Part shown: one piece after another, positions 24,779 through 38,288 of the stretch
Numbering within the stretch: the stretch's first letter is position 1
How the letters are laid out: each line of letters starts with the position of its first letter
Assembly (NCBI GenBank): GCA_965207375.1
Contig: CBDBMG010000001.1
Location: 320,001 to 384,000, forward strand
Direction of reading: 5' to 3'
Source of the DNA: Nitrosopumilaceae archaeon
GTDB lineage: Archaea > Thermoproteota > Nitrososphaeria > Nitrososphaerales > Nitrosopumilaceae
DNA length: 64,000 bases
Made by a program: the position numbers and the translations under genes
The notes under the pieces: model-generated
Databases searched by the model: none
Seen by the model: only the letters and a program-made list of their open reading frames with translations
What the model was told of the DNA's origin: nothing

Positions 24779-26916
24779 CTATGATTAATAAGATTGCAGT
24801 CAAGCTTGATATCAAGTAGTCCACTCAATCCTACAGTATAGCTTTAATAGTTAGGGGTGAGAACGAGTATAATTAGTTGAAAGTGAGAAATATTTGCTGA
24901 ATTCCACTGACACACGGTGGTGATTGATATCATGAAGAAGTGAGACCACAAAATGTGACTGTCTCTGATGAAGAGAAGGCCACTTTAACTGATGCAAACA
25001 AGAATCAGATGACTTTGTCCATCCTCATATGGATTGTTTCCATATGCTGTCACAAACCCAGTGAGCAGCATGATGCTGAACATTCTCCAAACATGCAATG
25101 TCACCGGGAAAGTGCAAATACCAAAGCAAAGTTGCATATTCCAAAACAGGACGAACTATGCACTTGTAGGAAACAGCTTTAATTGCGGATGAACAGGCAA
25201 TCTCAAAAAATTAAGATAGCGAGAAGCTTTGGCCGTAACATATTTAACCAAACTTTCTATAGCAAAGTAGCATGAAGTACATAGCTGTACTTCATGCTAC
25301 TTTAAAATGTTTGGAAAAACTGAGAGAAATTGCTTAATATTATAGCCATAATCAAGTACTATCCAGACACAGTAACAACATAGTTACAGATGGCCAGGTC
25401 TGCTTTTACTAATAGCATTTTGTTGACCCTGTAAAGCAATGAAGAGTTACTGAAGGGCATTAATAAGGTGGCATAGGGTGCCAAGCTGCTCCCAATGTCC
25501 ACCTCAGCTTGTGCTAGGGCCACTGTGATCAACTATTGAACATACAGCTTGGCTGCCTCTGTCTACTGGCAGTTATAACCAACCCACCATCACCCTCCCC
25601 ACACCCTTCCCACATGCTCATCCTTTATATGCAACATTCATGATATTCCGAAAACATTCAAAGCCTCTCAAAATCAACGATTTCGACTACGTAGCTGCCA
25701 ACTTTGTTCATGTAATGCTAGCTACATATAAAACTAGTTGCAAATCTAGAGTGATTAATATTATATACAATTAAGCATACAGAGTCTTGAATAATTAAAA
25801 TTGGTATTTGTGACAATACAGCCAGTTTTCAGGCACTAACAGTACAAGATTAGCTGTGATGCATAGCCACGCTGAGTTCACCCTATCATGAAGCAACTAC
25901 AGTAAAAACCCAACTAAACTGCTACTGTTCTTGGCTTTGTATTGTTAATTTGCTAGATTGTAAGTCAGTGTGAAAATAGTCTGCATTAGCTATACATTGC
26001 TGATTCTTTAAATAGCTCTCCTGTGTGTTAACACATTACAGTATAACCGATAACACATCAGTACAATAGCTGGTTCAATATTTTCCAACATACAAATTAT
26101 ATTCTGTATAAGCAACAATGCAGTCAAATGATTGGTGTGCTATAGTTAGCATTTATCCTATGGTGATCATGAGAGTGGCTGATAGCCATTAATGTGATAT
26201 ACATGGATAGTCACTTTACGAAAGTTTGTCCATAGTTGCAAGTAATATCATAAATGGCTTCCGTATAGCAAAATTGTATGCTTTGTTATATGAGTATTTC
26301 ATCAGTAGAAGTTTTGTTACAATGCCTCTAAACATTGCTATGTTAGCAGGAGGCAAGGAGGAAGGTACGTATAGTAGAAACATGTAGCCAGAGTGGATAG
26401 ATTTCATTTTCACAGTCAGCGAATTATTGCTAAGTATTAGCAGGTTTTGTGTTGGCAGCAAAATCCTTTTCCCTTGAATAGAGTGAGTGACAAGAGAGTG
26501 CTAAGATGATGGTAGCTATTGGGCAGTAGCTACACACTTAATATTTCATTGGCATATGTATGTATGTTACAGCTTTGTTTAGAGAACATGACCTTTGATG
26601 GTTTTAAAGTAGAGCACTTTTTCTTGTTGGACACAGTAGAACCACTCTGATTTTAAGTGTCTTTTGCCATAGTATTTCCCAACCACCTTCTTGTTATTTT
26701 TAAAAAATCAGTATCCAATTTATGTCAAAAGAATATAGCTAACGGACAGCTGAACTACAGCAAAAATTGAAATCATGCCACTCTTTTTATTTGCCACATG
26801 GAAGTTGTTTTACATCATGTTTGTGACCTGTTTGCAACTACTCTGTACAAGACACAATTTGACAATTTGTCTCTCTGACTTATTTAATTGCTCTTGTTTT
26901 TTATCTATTTTATTAG

Positions 26917-27231
26917 ATGTTCCACCAGACATTGATGAGGGGCCATTTATACCACAGCCACCTACTGTTATGCCTGGAGACATGACAGTTACAATAGGAA
27001 CTCCTACATATATAGTTGATGGATTTGACGTTACTCTTGTCTGTAACATTGCTAGTGGAACACGCCCAATTACCATTATGTGGATTCGTAATGGAGCATC
27101 TTACCCAGCTGGAGGAAATCAATCTATTATTATAGTACCTGATACTGATTATAATGATGGCGATGTCTTCACTTGTAGAGCTGATAATACTATAGGGTTT
27201 GACATGGAGAGTACTACTATAAATGTGTTTG
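26917..27231 (+). CDS. Ig gene 2 Ig exon A1 (I-set-like)
   Basis: 315 nt, phase 1-1; VTLVCNIASGTRPITIMWIRNG...DGDVFTCRADNTIGFD; close paralog of 11394-11702. Confidence 0.88.
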
Positions 27232-29239
27232 GTAAGTGAAATTTCCATATTTTCATTCATAGTAACATACAATTAATACAAGTCAGTCTTATTGCATAAT
27301 TTCATGTCAATGATATAAGAATTGAAATATTGACAACTTTACTGAAATCTGTGTTATTAAGTGGTAATGAGTTACACAGCCAAGTAAAGTAGACTTAATT
27401 CATGCATAGTCATAAAGCATGCCACCACCACATTGAGTATTGCAAGCATGTAATAAAACACCAAACTGAACTGTTACTAAACCTTTTAAATACTGGGCTC
27501 CATAAAACCACTTACCAGTGATCTTCACTATGTCTTCCAACCTAGGATGTTAATCCTTTTCTAGCTTCTACTTATGGATTCTATAGGACATTCTAAGTCT
27601 AGACCTATCACTGGTTTTTACAAAAGTTTCTTGACATAAATAGTATCATGCACTTATGATATAGTTTGGTCTTTCTCTAAATCAACTTTGTGGGTTTGTA
27701 AAATTTCAGGCTGAACCACCTCTGTAATATTGTATGGCTCATGTGTCCTTGACTAATTAAGGTGTGAATTTTATGTTTTACATTAGCTAATAACATTGTA
27801 CTGCATAGCATATGTGAGAGCAACACTGATTGTCAGCCTTGTTTGAAATTTATATTTGTTTTAATGTATAGAAGCCATTCATATCATTTTCATAAGTGAC
27901 TATGCTAATGTAACACATAAAAATTCCTCCAAACTGTTTTTATTCAACCAATAAAGTTATGATACCTTTAGGAGAAGGGAGACTTATCAGACAAAGAAAT
28001 TAAAGACGATGGTATCGTTACAGTTGGAGTTGGAATTGCCATACAATATGCTCTATATAATTCCCACTCAAGTCACATTAATCACCTAAACTAAAGTATG
28101 CATGCAAGTACCACACTTAGTGCTTTTTATACATGCAGCTATCTACTTAACAGTAGTCAGACATCATACCACTGTTACTGTTCATTACATAATTTTTGAG
28201 ACCTATTAAAATCAGGTGATACTTGTCTTTATCAGGTGGTCATAATATAAAGGTTATTGATAAGGTGTGTCATTGTACACATATCCGGCTCATTGAGTAG
28301 CTAGCTATAATTAATAGTCTGATTTCCGGGTAATGATGTAGTTTATTTTTGCATTTCACTATCTCAGTAAAGTAACTCTTACTCTTTTAACAAGCAATCT
28401 AAGAAAGTAAGTAAGGCCTCAGTCCCCGCCCTTAGTTTAAACATCCTTTGAATTTTGTTCCATATGTGTAGAGCTTGTCTTTGCTCTTCATACTTTAATG
28501 TCACGGAGTCACCAAATAAAATATGATTAAGGTGCTTAATTTATAAACCTTCTATGACTGTTTTAAGTTACAGAAGATACTTCACATTTGTATTAAAAGA
28601 ATACCCAATACGTAAGTTAACCACTTAGCTATAAGGGTTGACAGTTATAAGTGATGAAACTATAAGAACTAATTCGGAATGTTCAAGGAATGTAAATTAG
28701 GTCCTTTTGAACATTTTTACAGCTTAACGTGACTTTTGATAATATTTGCAGTGCATTATCACTTTGTATAGAAGTCATTATTAGACCATCATCTTTTCCA
28801 AATCATTCTGAATCAAGAGAATGGAAACACTATAATATTACCTAAACAATATTCATTTCTATTGATTCCAGTATAGCAAAATTTGTATAGATTACTTGAC
28901 AGTTGATATTTTGATGAATAGTGTGCCTGTATACACGCTAACTAACTACATGTATCGGAATGCATCAAAAACCCCTTAAATTGATGAGGTAATACGACTA
29001 ACACGCAACCCATGTATTTCTGTAAGACAGTTGGTATTTTTGATGAATAGTGTGCCTGTATACACGCCAACTAACTGCATGTATCAGAATGCATCAACAA
29101 CCCCTTAAAGTGACAAGGTAATACGACTAACATGCAACCCATGTATTTCTGTAAAACACGCAATCATTACGTAACAGTTGGATTAATAACTACCCACTCC
29201 AGGTTTTGTTTATATAGCACAAGTTTATAAACTCCTATT

Positions 29240-29447
29240 ATGACTGCTGTCACTATGGCTACTGTCGCTATGACTTCTGTGACTATCACTAGTTACTATG
29301 ACTACTATGACTATGACTACTATGACTATGACTACTGTGACTATGACTACTGTGACTATGACTACTATGACTATGACTACTATGACTATGACTACTGTGA
29401 CTATTGTGACTATTGTGACTGTGACTATTGTCACTATGACTATTGTG
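29240..29447. repeat. (GACTAY/GACTACTGT)n microsatellite just upstream of Ig exon B1
   Basis: tgactatgactactatgactatgactactgtga...; intronic, directly before the ttgtttgcag acceptor. Confidence 0.9.
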
Positions 29448-29465
29448 AATTTGTGTTGTTTGCAG

Positions 29466-29807
29466 AGCCACCACAAATTCTACCTATTCCTTTCCCAACT
29501 CCTCCACCTGGTGAAATGACAGTCAGTACTGGTCAACTTATGAATGCTACTATTATTACACTTGGCACAGATGTTACTATTTACTGTCCATCCAGTGGTA
29601 TTGATACTCCTAGTATTGAATGGTTCAGAAATAGTGTAATGGTTGTGGCTGGTGGTCGGTTTACAATCTCTACAACAACATTACCTGGAGCAGTCATTAC
29701 TAGTGTTTTAAGAATTGATGATTTTCAAGGATCAGATGCTGGTACTTATACCTGTACTGCTACCAATGTAGTGGGTTCAGATGATGGAGGTACTAAGTTG
29801 CTAGGAG
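29466..29807 (+). CDS. Ig gene 2 Ig exon B1 (I-set)
   Basis: 342 nt, phase 1-1 (ttgcag| ... |gttagt); VTIYCPSSGIDTPSIEWFRN...SVLRIDDFQGSDAGTYTCTATNVVGSD with the DxGxYxC motif. Confidence 0.9.
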
Positions 29808-30425
29808 GTTAGTTGTTACAGGCTACATATTTCATTTCATTGTTATGTCAAATTTGTTGTAACACCTTCACACAATTACATCAAAGGATGCAGGTGTGGA
29901 TATCAGCACACTTGGCTGTGGTATAACCAGGACATCAAAGTGTATAAGTGTGGCATAATCTGATGTCACCTATTTGAAGTGTTCAACAACTTTAACTTGG
30001 TCTTTATATAGTCACACCAATGCAATATCGATTGTAGTTTTTAGTTTTTTAAGCTGATTATTAATTGCCATTTGCTCAATACAGTTTTGTTTTTAATCTA
30101 AAAATGTTTCTAAAGGCTATCTGTTATCTATTTCAAGCTTATAAGCCGAAGCATAACTAAGCGCCATTTGAGCTGAGTTGCTCACGTGACAAAAATAATA
30201 TATTTACTGTGTGACTGTATGTATATTAATCTACTTTAGTTACAATACTCACCATTATATTAAGCCCATTATAAGTCTTGCAGCTTTATAAAAAGTTGTG
30301 GTAAACCCACAATCACTGCCACTACCATGCAAGAATGTCATGACAATGATAAAATAGAGACCCACAATGAGTACTCATTACTATATAAAGAGGCTGAGAG
30401 TTTAGCATCAAGGCCATCCAATTGG

Positions 30426-30788
30426 TAGTGATGTGTGATATTGAGTTTTTATAGACTATACGATATCAATATAATAATTACTTTACAAGTTCAATATCAA
30501 TACAATAATAATATCTGCTATATGTACCAAGTACCAACTGCCAAGTAAATGATTAATTACTCTAAGGGTTTGCTACTGCAGGTTTTTATAAATCCTTGCT
30601 AATTTCAGTGGAAAAGTTTAATATTTTTTACAGCAAACTCATCGAAGGTATGATATTTGAACAACTTTACATGGAAAAATCTTTAAACGATAAATTGTTT
30701 ATGTAAAGTAAAAATCGATAATGAAATCGATACGGTATCATCGATTATTGCAATGTGGATAAAAGAAACGATATATTGCGCATCATTA
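30426..30788. mobile_element. hAT-type MITE with 8-bp TSD
   Basis: tagtgatgtgtgatat / atattgcgcatcatta termini flanked on both sides by ccaattgg; second copy at 37200-37562. Confidence 0.8.
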
Positions 30789-33644
30789 CCAATTGGTGTC
30801 CTCTATAGGTACCATTCTTTTAATTGTGACATCACAGTGGCAAGATGCCCTCCAGAAAAGCAGACCAGTTCATATTGGACAATAGAGACCGAGGGGTCCT
30901 TCATTCTTTGAAATGTCGTTGATCAACTCTGAAATTTATTTGAAATTTTTTATTACAATAAATTTTGAAATTTGAAATCTTATTTTTGGTTATGTTTGGA
31001 TATTGGAAGTCATTGTGTTCGGGAAATTTAAAATTCAGCCTAAATATTAGCAAATTTTAAATGTTGTTGACAAATTTGAGGAGTGAAGGACCCCAGTAGA
31101 GACACTGTGCATGGGGTTGAGTTTCTCAAAGTTGGGGGCTCTTCCCCTCCAGCTCCCCAGTCCTCATTCCGCTGCCACCAATAATAAGAGTTGAAGAAAG
31201 TTTAAATACATAGTTTCTAAGATCAAGATTTATCCTTCAAATTCCAAAAAGAGTTATAGCCATGCAGCCTGTCATCAAAATTTTACCAATAATTTTAATG
31301 GCTCAAAACTTTAGCTAGCTACATGGCTACCTATCAATTATTTGCACTACTATAGTAAAAGACACAGCTACTAACTGCATAAGTATACAGCTAGCTATTA
31401 TGAAATTTTGGGGTTTTTTAGGTAAAACATGTAAATTTACATGCAGTCTTTTATTGTGTCATTCCTTAGTAGCTATACTGTGATTAATGAGATTGCAGTC
31501 AAGCTTGATGTCAAGTAGTCCACTCAATCCTACAGTATAGCTTCAATAGTTAGGGGGTGAGAATGAGTACGTATGACTAGTTGAAAGTGAGAAATATTTG
31601 CTGAATTCCACTGACACACGGTGGTGATTGATATCATGAAGAAGTGAGACCACAAAATGTGACTGTCTCTGATGAAGAGAAGGCCACTTTAACTGATGCA
31701 AACAAGAATCAGATGACTTTGTCCATCCTCATATGGATTGTTTCCATATGCTGTCACAAACCCAGTGAGCAGCATGATGGTGAACATTCTCCAAACATGC
31801 AATGTCACCGGGAAAGTGCAAATACCAAAGCAAAGTTGCATATTCCAAAACAGGACGAACTATGCACTTGTAGGAAACAGCTTTAATTGCGGATGAACAG
31901 GCAATCTCAAAAAATTAAGACAGCGAGAAGCTTTGGCCATAACATATTTAACCAAACTTTCTATAGCAAAGTAGCATGAAGTACATAGCTGTACTTCATG
32001 CTACTTTAAAATGTTTGGAAAAACTGAGAGAAATTGCTTAATATTATAGCCATAATCAAGTATTATCCAGACATAGTAACAACATAGTTACAGATGGCCA
32101 GGTCTGCTTTTACTAATAGCATTTTGTTGACCCTGTAAAGCCATGAGAGTCATAAAAGAGCCTGTGGGGTTACTGAAGGGCATTAATAAGGTGGCATGGG
32201 GTGCCAAGCTGCTCCCAATGTCCACCTCAGCTTGTGCTAGGGCCACTGTGATCAACTACTGAACATACAGCTTGGCTGCCTCTGTCTACTGGCAGTTATA
32301 ACCAACCCACCATCACCCTCCCCACCCCCTTCCCACATGCTCATCCCTTATATGCAACATTCATGATATTCCGAAAACATTCAAAGCCTCTCAAAATCAA
32401 CGATTTCAACTACGTAGCTGCCAACTTTGTTCATGTAATGCTAGCTACATATAAAACTAGTTGCAAATCTAGAGTGATTAATATTATATACAATTAAGCA
32501 TACAGTGTCTTGAATAATTAAAATTGGTATTTGTGACAATACAGCCAGTTTTCAGGCACTAACAGTACAAGATTAGCTGTGATGCATAGCCACGCTGAGT
32601 TCACCCTATCATGAAGCAACTACAGTAAAAACCCAACTAAACTGCTACTGTTCTTGGCTTTGTATTGTTAATTTGCTAGATTGTAAGTCAGTGTGAAAAT
32701 AGTCTGCATTAGCTATACATTGCTGATTCTTTAAATAGCTCTCCTGTGTGTTAACATATTACTGTATAACCGATAACACATCAGTACAATAGCTGGTTCA
32801 ATATTTTCCAACATACAAACTATATTCTGTATAAGCAACAATGCAGTCAAATGATTGGTGTGCTATAGTTAGCATTTATCCTTACCTATGGTGATCATGA
32901 GAGTGGCTGATAGCCATTAATGTGATGTACATGGATAGTCACTTTACGAAAGTTTGTCCATAGTTGCAAGTAATATCATAAATGGCTTCTGTGTAGCAAA
33001 ATTATATGCTTTGTTATATGAGTATTTCATCAGTAGAAGTTTTGTTACAATGCCTCTAAACATTGCTATGTTAGCAGGAGGCAAGGAGGAAGGTACGTAT
33101 AGTAGAAACATGTAGCCAGAGTGGATAGATTTCATTTTCACAGTCAGCGAATTATTGCTAAGTATTAGCAGGTTTTGTGTTGGCAGCAAAATCCTTTTCC
33201 CTTGAATAGAGTGAGTGACAAGAGAGTGCTAAGATGATGGTAGCTATTGGGCAGTAGCTACACACTTAATATTTCATTGGCATATGTATGTATGTTACAG
33301 CTTTGTTTAGAGAACATGACCTTTGATGGTTTTAAAGTAGAGCACTTTTTCTTGTTGGACACAGTAGAACCACTCTGATTTTAAGTATCTTTTGCCATAG
33401 TATTTCCCAACCACCTTCCTGTTATTTTTAAAAAATCAGTATCCAATTTATGTCAAAAGAATATAGCTAACAGACAGCTGAACTACAGCAAAAATTGAAA
33501 TCATGCCGCTCTTTTTATTTGCCACATGGAAGTTGTTTTACATCACGTTTGTGACCTGTTTGCAACTACTCTGTACAAGACACAATTTGACAATTTGTCT
33601 CTCTGACTTATTTAATTACTCTTGTTTTTTATCTATTTTATTAG

Positions 33645-33959
33645 GTGTTCCACCAGACATTGATGAGGGGCCATTTATACCACAGCCACCTACTGTTATG
33701 CCTGGAGACATGACAGTTACAATAGGAACTCCTACATATATAGTTGATGGATTTGACGTTACTCTTGTCTGTAACATTGCTAGTGGAACACGCCCAATTA
33801 CCATTATGTGGATTCGTAATGGAGCATTTTACCCAGCTGGAGGAAATCAATCTATTATTATAGTACCTGATACTGATTATAATGATGGCGATGTCTTCAC
33901 TTGTAGAGCTGATAATACTATAGGGTTTGACATGGAGAATACTACTATAAATGTGTTTG
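33645..33959 (+). CDS. Ig gene 2 Ig exon A2
   Basis: 315 nt, phase 1-1, intact splice sites; 3 substitutions relative to A1. Confidence 0.88.
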
Positions 33960-35981
33960 GTAAGTGAAATTTCCATATTTTCATTCATAGTAACATACAA
34001 TTAATATACAAGTCAGTCTTATTGCATAATTTCATGTCAATGATATAAGAATTGAAATATTGACAACTTTACTGAAATCTGTGTTATCAAGCGGTAATGA
34101 GTTACACAGCCAAGTAAAGTAGACTTAATTCATGCATAGTCATAAAGCATGCCACCACCACAATGAGTATTGCAAGCATGTAATAAAACACCAAACTGAA
34201 CTGTTACTAAACCTTTTAAATACTGGGCTCCATAAAACCACTTATCAGTAATCTTCACTATGTCTTCCAACCTAGGATGTTAATCCTTTTCTAGCTTCTA
34301 CTTATGGATTCTATAGGACATTCTAAGTCTAGACCTGTCACTGGTTTTTACAAAAGTTTCTTGACTTAAATAGTATCATGCACTTATGATATAGTTTGGT
34401 CTTTCTCTAAATCAACTTTGTGGGTTTGTAAAATTTCAGGCTGAACCACCTCTGTAATATTGTATGGCTCATGTGTCCTTGACTAATTAAGGTGTGAATT
34501 TTATGTTTTACATTAGCTAATAACATTGTACTGCATAGCATATGTGAGAGCAACACTGATTGTCAGCCTTGTTTGAAATTTATATTTGTTTTAATGTATA
34601 GAAGCCATTCATATCATTTTCATAAGTGACTATGCTAATGTAACACATAAAAATTCCTCCAAACTGTTTTTATTCAACCAATAAAGTTATGATACCTTTA
34701 GGAGAGGGGAGACTTATCAGACAAAGAAATTAAAGACGATGGTATCGTTACAGTTGGAGTTGGAATTGCCATACAATATGCTCTATATAATTCCCACTCA
34801 AGTCACATTAATCACCTAAACTAAAGTATGCATGCAAGTACCACACTTAGTGCTTTTTATACATGCATCTATCTACTTAACAGTAGTCAGACATCATACC
34901 ACTGTTACTGTTCATTACATAATTTTTGAGACCTATTAAAATCAGGTGATACTTGTCTTTATCAGGTGGTCATAATATAAGGGTTATTGATAAGGTGTGT
35001 CATTGTACACATATCCGGCTTAATTTTTTCTCATTGAGTAGCTAGCTATAATTAATAGTCTGTTTTCTGGGCAATGATGTAGTTTATTTTTGCATTTCAC
35101 TATCTCAGTAAAGTAACTCTTACTCTTTTAACAAGCAACCTAATTTTTCTAAGAAAGTAAGTCCTCAGACCCCGCCCTTAATTTAAACATCCTTTGAATT
35201 TTGTTCCATATATGTAGAGCTTGTCTTTGCTCTTCGTACTTTAAGATCACGGAGTTACCAAATAAAATATGATTAAGGTGCTTAATTTATAAGCCTTCTA
35301 TGACTGTTTTAAGTTACAGAAGATACTTCACATTTGTATTAAAAGAATAATATAAACTACCCAATAAGTTAACCACTTAGCTATAAGAGTTGACAGTTAT
35401 AAGTGATGAAACTATAAGAACTAATTCGGAATGTTCAGGGAATGTAAATTAGGTCCTTTTGAACATTTTTATAGCTTAACATGACTTTTGATAATATTTG
35501 CAGTGCATTATCACTTTGCTTGTATAGAAGTCATTATTAGACCATCATCTTTTCCAAATCATTCTGAATTGAGAGAATGGAAACACTATAATATTACTTA
35601 AACAATATTCATTTCTATTGATACCAGTATAGCAAAATTTGTATAGATTACTTGATAGTTGGTATTTTTGATGAATAGTGTGCCTGTATACATGCCAACT
35701 AACTGCATGTATCGGAATGTATCAAAAACCCCTTAAGGTGATGAGGTAATACAACTAACACGCAACCCATGTATTTCTGTAAGACAGTTGGTATTTTTGA
35801 TGAATAGTGTGCCTATATACATGCCAACTAACTGCATGTATCAGAATGCATCAACAACCCCTTAAAGTGACAAGGTAATACGACCCATGTATTTCTGTAA
35901 AACACGCAATCATTACGTAACAGTTGGATTAATAACTACCCACTCCAGGTTTTGTTTAGCAAAAGTTTATAAACTCCTATT

Positions 35982-36225
35982 ATGACTGCTGTCACTATGG
36001 CTACTGTCGCTATGACTTCTGTGACTATCACTAGTTACTATGACTGCTATGACTATGACTACTGTGACTATGACTACTGTGATTATGACTACTGTGACTA
36101 TGACTACTATGACTATGACTACTGTGACTATGACTACTGTGACTATGACTACTATGACTATGACTATGACTACTGTGACTATTGTGACTATTGTGACTGT
36201 GACTGCTGTCACTATGAGTATTGTG
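35982..36225. repeat. (GACTAY/GACTACTGT)n microsatellite upstream of Ig exon B2
   Basis: Same repeat as at 29240, 36 nt longer. Confidence 0.9.
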
Positions 36226-36243
36226 AATTTGTGTTGTTTGCAG

Positions 36244-36585
36244 GGCCACAACAAATTCTACCTATTCCTTTCCCAACTCCTCCACCTGGTGAAATAACAG
36301 TCAGTACTGGTCAACCTATGAATACTACTATTATTACACTTGGCACAGATGTTACTATTTACTGTCCATCCAGTGGTATTGATACTCCTAGTATTGAATG
36401 GTTCAGAAATAGTGTAATGGTTGTGGCTGGTGGTCGGTTTACAATCTCTACAACAACATTACCTGGAGCAGTCATTACTAGTGTTTTAAGAATTGATGAT
36501 TTTCAAGGATCAGATGCTGGTACTTATACCTGTACTGCTACCAATGTAGTGGGTTCAGATGATGGAGGTACTACATTGCTAGGAG
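36244..36585 (+). CDS. Ig gene 2 Ig exon B2
   Basis: 342 nt, phase 1-1, intact splice sites; 6 codons differ from B1. Confidence 0.9.
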
Positions 36586-38288
36586 GTTAGTTGTTACAGG
36601 CTACATATTTCATTTCATTGTTATGTCAAATTTGTTGTAACACCTTCACACAATTACATCAAAGGATGCAGGTGTGGATATCAGCACACTTGGCTGTGGT
36701 ATAACCTGGACATCAAAGTGTATAAGTGTGGCATAATCTGATGTCACCTATTTGAAGTGTTCAAAAACTTTAACTTGGTCTTTATATAGTCACACCAATG
36801 CAATATCGATTGTAGTTTTTAGTTTTTAAGCTGATTATTAATTGCCATTTCAATACAGTTTTGTTTTTAATCTAAAAATGTTTCTAAAGGCTATCTGTTA
36901 TCTATTTCAAGTTTATAAGCTGAAGTATAACTAAGCGCCATTCGAGCTGAGTTGCTCACGTGACAAAAATAATCTATTTACTGTGTGACTGTATGTATAT
37001 TAATCTACTTTAGTTACAATACTCACCATTATATTAAGCCCATTATAAATCTTGCAGCTTTATAAAAAGTTGTGGTAAACCCACAATCACTGCCACTACC
37101 ATGCAAGAACGTCATGACAATGATAAAATAGAGACCCACAATGAGTACTCATTACTATATAAAGAGGCTGAGAGTTTAGCATCAAGGCCATCCAATTGGT
37201 AGTGATGTGTGATATTGAGTTTTTATAGACTATACGATATCAATATAATAATTACTTTACAAGGTCAATATCAATACGATAATAATATCTGCTATATGTA
37301 CCAAGTACCCACTGCCAAGTAAATGATTAGTTACTATAAGGGTTTGCTACTGCAGGTTTTTATAAATGCTTGCTAATTTCAGTAGAGAAGTTTAATATTT
37401 TTTACAGCAAACTCATCGAAGGTATGATATTTGAACAACTTTACATGCAAAAATCTTTAAACGATAAATTGTTTATGTAAAGTAAAAATCGATAATGAAA
37501 TCGATACGGTATCATCGATTATTGCAATGTGGATAAAAGAAACGATATATTGCACATCATTACCAATTGGTGTCCTCTATAGGCACCATTCTTTTAATTG
37601 TGACATCACAGCGGCAAGATGCCCTCCAGAAAAGCAGACCAGTTCATATTGGACAATAGAGACCGAGGGATCCTTCATTCTTTGAAATGTCGTTGATCAA
37701 CTCTGAAATTTATTTGAAATTTTTTATTAAAATAAATTTTGAAATTTGAAATCTTATTTTTGGTTATGTTTGGATATTGGAAGTCATTGTGTTCGGGAAA
37801 TTTAAAATTCAGCCTAAATATTAGCAAATTTTAAATGTTGTTGACAAATTTGAGGAGTGAAGGACCCCAGTAGAGACACTGTGCATGGGGTTGAGTTTCT
37901 CAAAGTTGGGGACTCTTCCCCTCCAGCTCCCTAGTCCCCATTCCACTGCCACCAATAATAAGAGTTGAAGAAAGTTTAAATACATAGTTTCTAAGATCAA
38001 GATTTATCCATCAAATTCCAAAAAGAGTTATAGCCATGCAGCCTGTCATCAAAATTTTACCAATAATTTTAATGGCTCATGTAATCATCAAAACTTTAGC
38101 TAGTTACATGACTACCTATCAATTATTTGCACTACTATATTAAATAGACACAGTTACTAACTGCATAAGTATACAGCTAGCTATTATAAATTTATCAGTG
38201 AAGTATTTATAGTGTATATAATATATATAGCTATAACTACATAGGTAATGTAAATGTTGTCAGTTAACATAAATTTTAATTGATATAG

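Larger units (their letters stand above)
23286..31408 (+). repeat. Tandem segmental duplication, copy A (includes a 1.4-kb insertion)
   Basis: Collinear and near-identical to 31409-38188; ORF pairs are offset by 6704-6742 nt; shared start gggttttttaggtaaaacatg and shared end cagctagctattat. Confidence 0.95.
31409..38188 (+). repeat. Tandem segmental duplication, copy B
   Basis: Head-to-tail with copy A; junction at ...gctattatgaaattttgg|gggttttttaggtaaaac. Confidence 0.95.

Noticed and set aside
24940-25182. 80-aa ORF conserved at 31644-31886 (likewise 26216-26461 / 32944-33189)
   Set aside because: The conservation is explained by the recent segmental duplication; no domain signature, and they lie in Ig gene introns.
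26775-26916. Hydrophobic N-terminus of the 154-aa ORFs (also 33503) as a signal peptide
   Set aside because: It is translated polypyrimidine intron sequence upstream of a clear AG acceptor; the paralogous linker exon supplies the in-phase upstream sequence.
29225-29519. Poly-VIVT, poly-SH and poly-TM ORFs
   Set aside because: Alternative-frame readings of a microsatellite.
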